A stretch of 64,000 nucleotides of DNA, from assembly GCF_964204645.1 (NCBI RefSeq), contig NC_134031.1, forward strand, positions 12,216,088 through 12,280,087, given 5' to 3'. The DNA comes from Tubulanus polymorphus. Its lineage: Eukaryota > Animalia > Nemertea. Position numbers and translations under genes: made by a program. Shown one piece after another: positions 61,756-64,000 of this stretch; the first letter of the stretch is position 1; each line of letters begins with the position of its first letter. Under the pieces are notes generated by a model. The model made no database searches, was not told the DNA's origin, and saw only the letters and a list, made by a program, of their open reading frames with translations.

Positions 61756-62439
61756 AATAAACTTTATTGGGTAGCAATTAATCATTACATAAAAGTGTAT
61801 TAGATTGAAAATAATCATATATTTGGTGACTGTAACATGATATATGAGTTTGAAATTTCATTTTTCGGTTGGAATGAAGTTCGGCGGCAGTCTTGATGAC
61901 GTCATTGGTTGACCTAGTTTATACTGCGTCACTTTTTTTGTGGGATAAGATAGCTTAGTACATTTACTTCATAACCATATATAGTCGCACGAGTTAAATT
62001 CAGAAGTAAAAGCCATGGAGCTAATTGAATATATTGTATGTTATACCTACAAAAACTACTAATTATAAGTGGCAGGAGAGGGTTAATTGATTACAAAATA
62101 CTGGCAGTGAAAGGGTTAATGCCTTGTTTCTAGGAATTCTTCCTTCAAAATGGATTCAATCATGCTCCATAATGATTCCTAATGAAAATTGATTGCGCTT
62201 CATAGACTCTATTATCGTCATTTTAATACAAAATCTATATTCTGTCATTCAAGTTTGGCAATGTTTTTACTGCATCAATAATGAGAATTGTGGAATTACT
62301 CTTAACAGAGGCCTTTTCTTTTATTACTTGAAGCACAAACTATCTCAAGAAAAGGGAGGGCAAAGGCAAACAAATTTAATAAAAATCATTTAAAGGAATT
62401 TGCAATGAGCATTTCAAAATGGAAGAGAACCAGAATTTT

Positions 62440-63215
62440 TTTTGACGCCTCATAAAACGTTACCATTATGAAACCTAAACAATGTTAGCCATTCAGCGTC
62501 ATTTTACAAACGACAACCGTAAATCGATGTGCAAAACGTCACAGGTCTATGCGTACACATACAAGCTATTTGGCAAAATATTATTGACAAAGATGTAGAA
62601 TGGCTTCCTGTGATTATATAATGACCTCTATTTGAACGTCGAAATGTTATATCGCATTGAATATCATGAGAAGACGTATTGTAATAGTAAAGGATGTATG
62701 ATTATATCAGGAGCGGCAGCCGTATATAGAAATGATAAGTAAATCGGATTAATCGGTTAAATGGCGGATGTATACACGATTTGGAAGTCTGATATAAAAT
62801 TCAGACCCTGACATAGGGATGCTGGTGGAATGACGAAGATATCTACGATCTGTGTAGGGCCCGTGCGAATTACAAGCGGTCTATATAAAAACGTGTAAAC
62901 ACATAATTTCAATATTCAAATGTTTTAGAAAATATGTTCGATACTAGGGGCATGTAGGTTTCATGAGATAAGCAATTTATAATAGCATAGCTGTCATACA
63001 CGGCTCCGCGTCCACTGATGGCATGTGTATTAGGTGACAATTCAATTCAATCTATTATTGATCCTTATTACATTGAAATTCCGGCATGAAATTCCCAAAT
63101 TCAATAAAGGTACAAATTTTTAAATAAGAAAATACAAAATACAAGACACACGGCATTTCATACAGAATAACGCGAATAAGTTATTTAAATGACAATGTCT
63201 ACTTCAACCCAGACT
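62440..63215. repeat. Dispersed repeat, inverted copy of 17580-18315
   Basis: Colinear reverse-complement similarity with 17580-18315. Confidence 0.85.
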
Positions 63216-63779
63216 CAAGTCTAGGATATCGAGTGACAGCCAAACCGGGCCCCGGGGACCAGGCCGGCTGGCTACACGATGTGCTCAAAGTCATGATGAA
63301 GCAGACATCAGAAGAGCTCTTTCTTGCTACGGACGATTCTGAAGCGGCGGGCCTGAGTTCAGTGTTTTTACGTTTTAAAACATCATAAATTGTCTTGTAA
63401 TATGTAGAAATATCAGAGATATCATTACTACTACCACCCCTTGAAGGTGGGAGAGATAGAACCAAGGATTTTTGCGTTAAGGTGGGACAGGCTTGTGACC
63501 GCCCCGATCGAAGTCGGCGTTTAGCTGTACATTTATATCCTGTAGTCAAAAGAATGCGATAGTTTCTTACAAGGAACTATATTAGCGTTGCCTGCTTGGC
63601 AAAGCATTCTCAATCAATGATCTTGAAGTGAGCGTGACAGTGGCGGCGCGAACAGAATACCGACCGGACCAAATTCAATTTTATTTTTTCTTGTGAACCT
63701 ATCGGGCGGCACCCACAGACATTTTCAAACAAATTGTTTGCTCGACTGACAGGGTAAGAACGAAGGAACTACTGATATC

Positions 63780-63980
63780 TTAGCCGAGTGTGACTGCAGA
63801 ATTTAATAAGTCACTCGGCCGAGTAGATTGGCGAATTCTATCGTTTACTCGGCCGGGTAAAGAACTTAACTTTTAGTACTAAGCTCGGCCGAGTGGATTG
63901 TCGAATTCGAACAATCACTCATACTTGGCCGAGTAAACAACTTTTTGGTATAATGCTAGGCCGAGCAAATGCCCGAGTAA
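63780..63980. repeat. Short array with ctcggccgag palindromic core, about 35-40 bp period
   Basis: actcggccgagt and variants recur about six times. Confidence 0.65.
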
Positions 63981-64000
63981 CTTGTCAATTGGGACCGTAT

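Noticed and set aside
63199-63549. 116-aa minus-strand ORF in a GC-richer patch
   Set aside because: No recognisable motif, no SMG8 similarity and no convincing splice sites.

Overview
AT-rich eukaryotic (invertebrate metazoan-like) genomic DNA. The whole window lies inside one minus-strand host gene, SMG8 (nonsense-mediated decay factor, SMG1 kinase regulator). Eight GT-AG exons (58061 down to 3650, 1249 coding nt) splice in phase into one open frame; the first and last exons lie outside the window. The introns are dense with mobile DNA: (1) a 1457-bp foldback element with AG...CT termini, a 6-bp TSD, hairpin-ended long TIRs and a viral-type zinc-finger relic (mini Polinton/Maverick); (2) a decayed Polinton-like virus gene block (capsid gene plus two membrane-anchored proteins) split by a full-length CR1/L2-group LINE; (3) a young full-length Gypsy LTR element with a -1 frameshift pseudoknot and an unusual ORF3 encoding a coiled-coil plus SGNH/GDSL esterase-like protein in the env position; (4) four Penelope-like pieces, three carrying minimal hammerhead ribozymes; (5) further LINE, MULE, Tc1/mariner, pogo, piggyBac, hAT and Helentron-like relics. 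Family assignments rest on recalled motifs, not database searches, and edges of decayed repeats are approximate.
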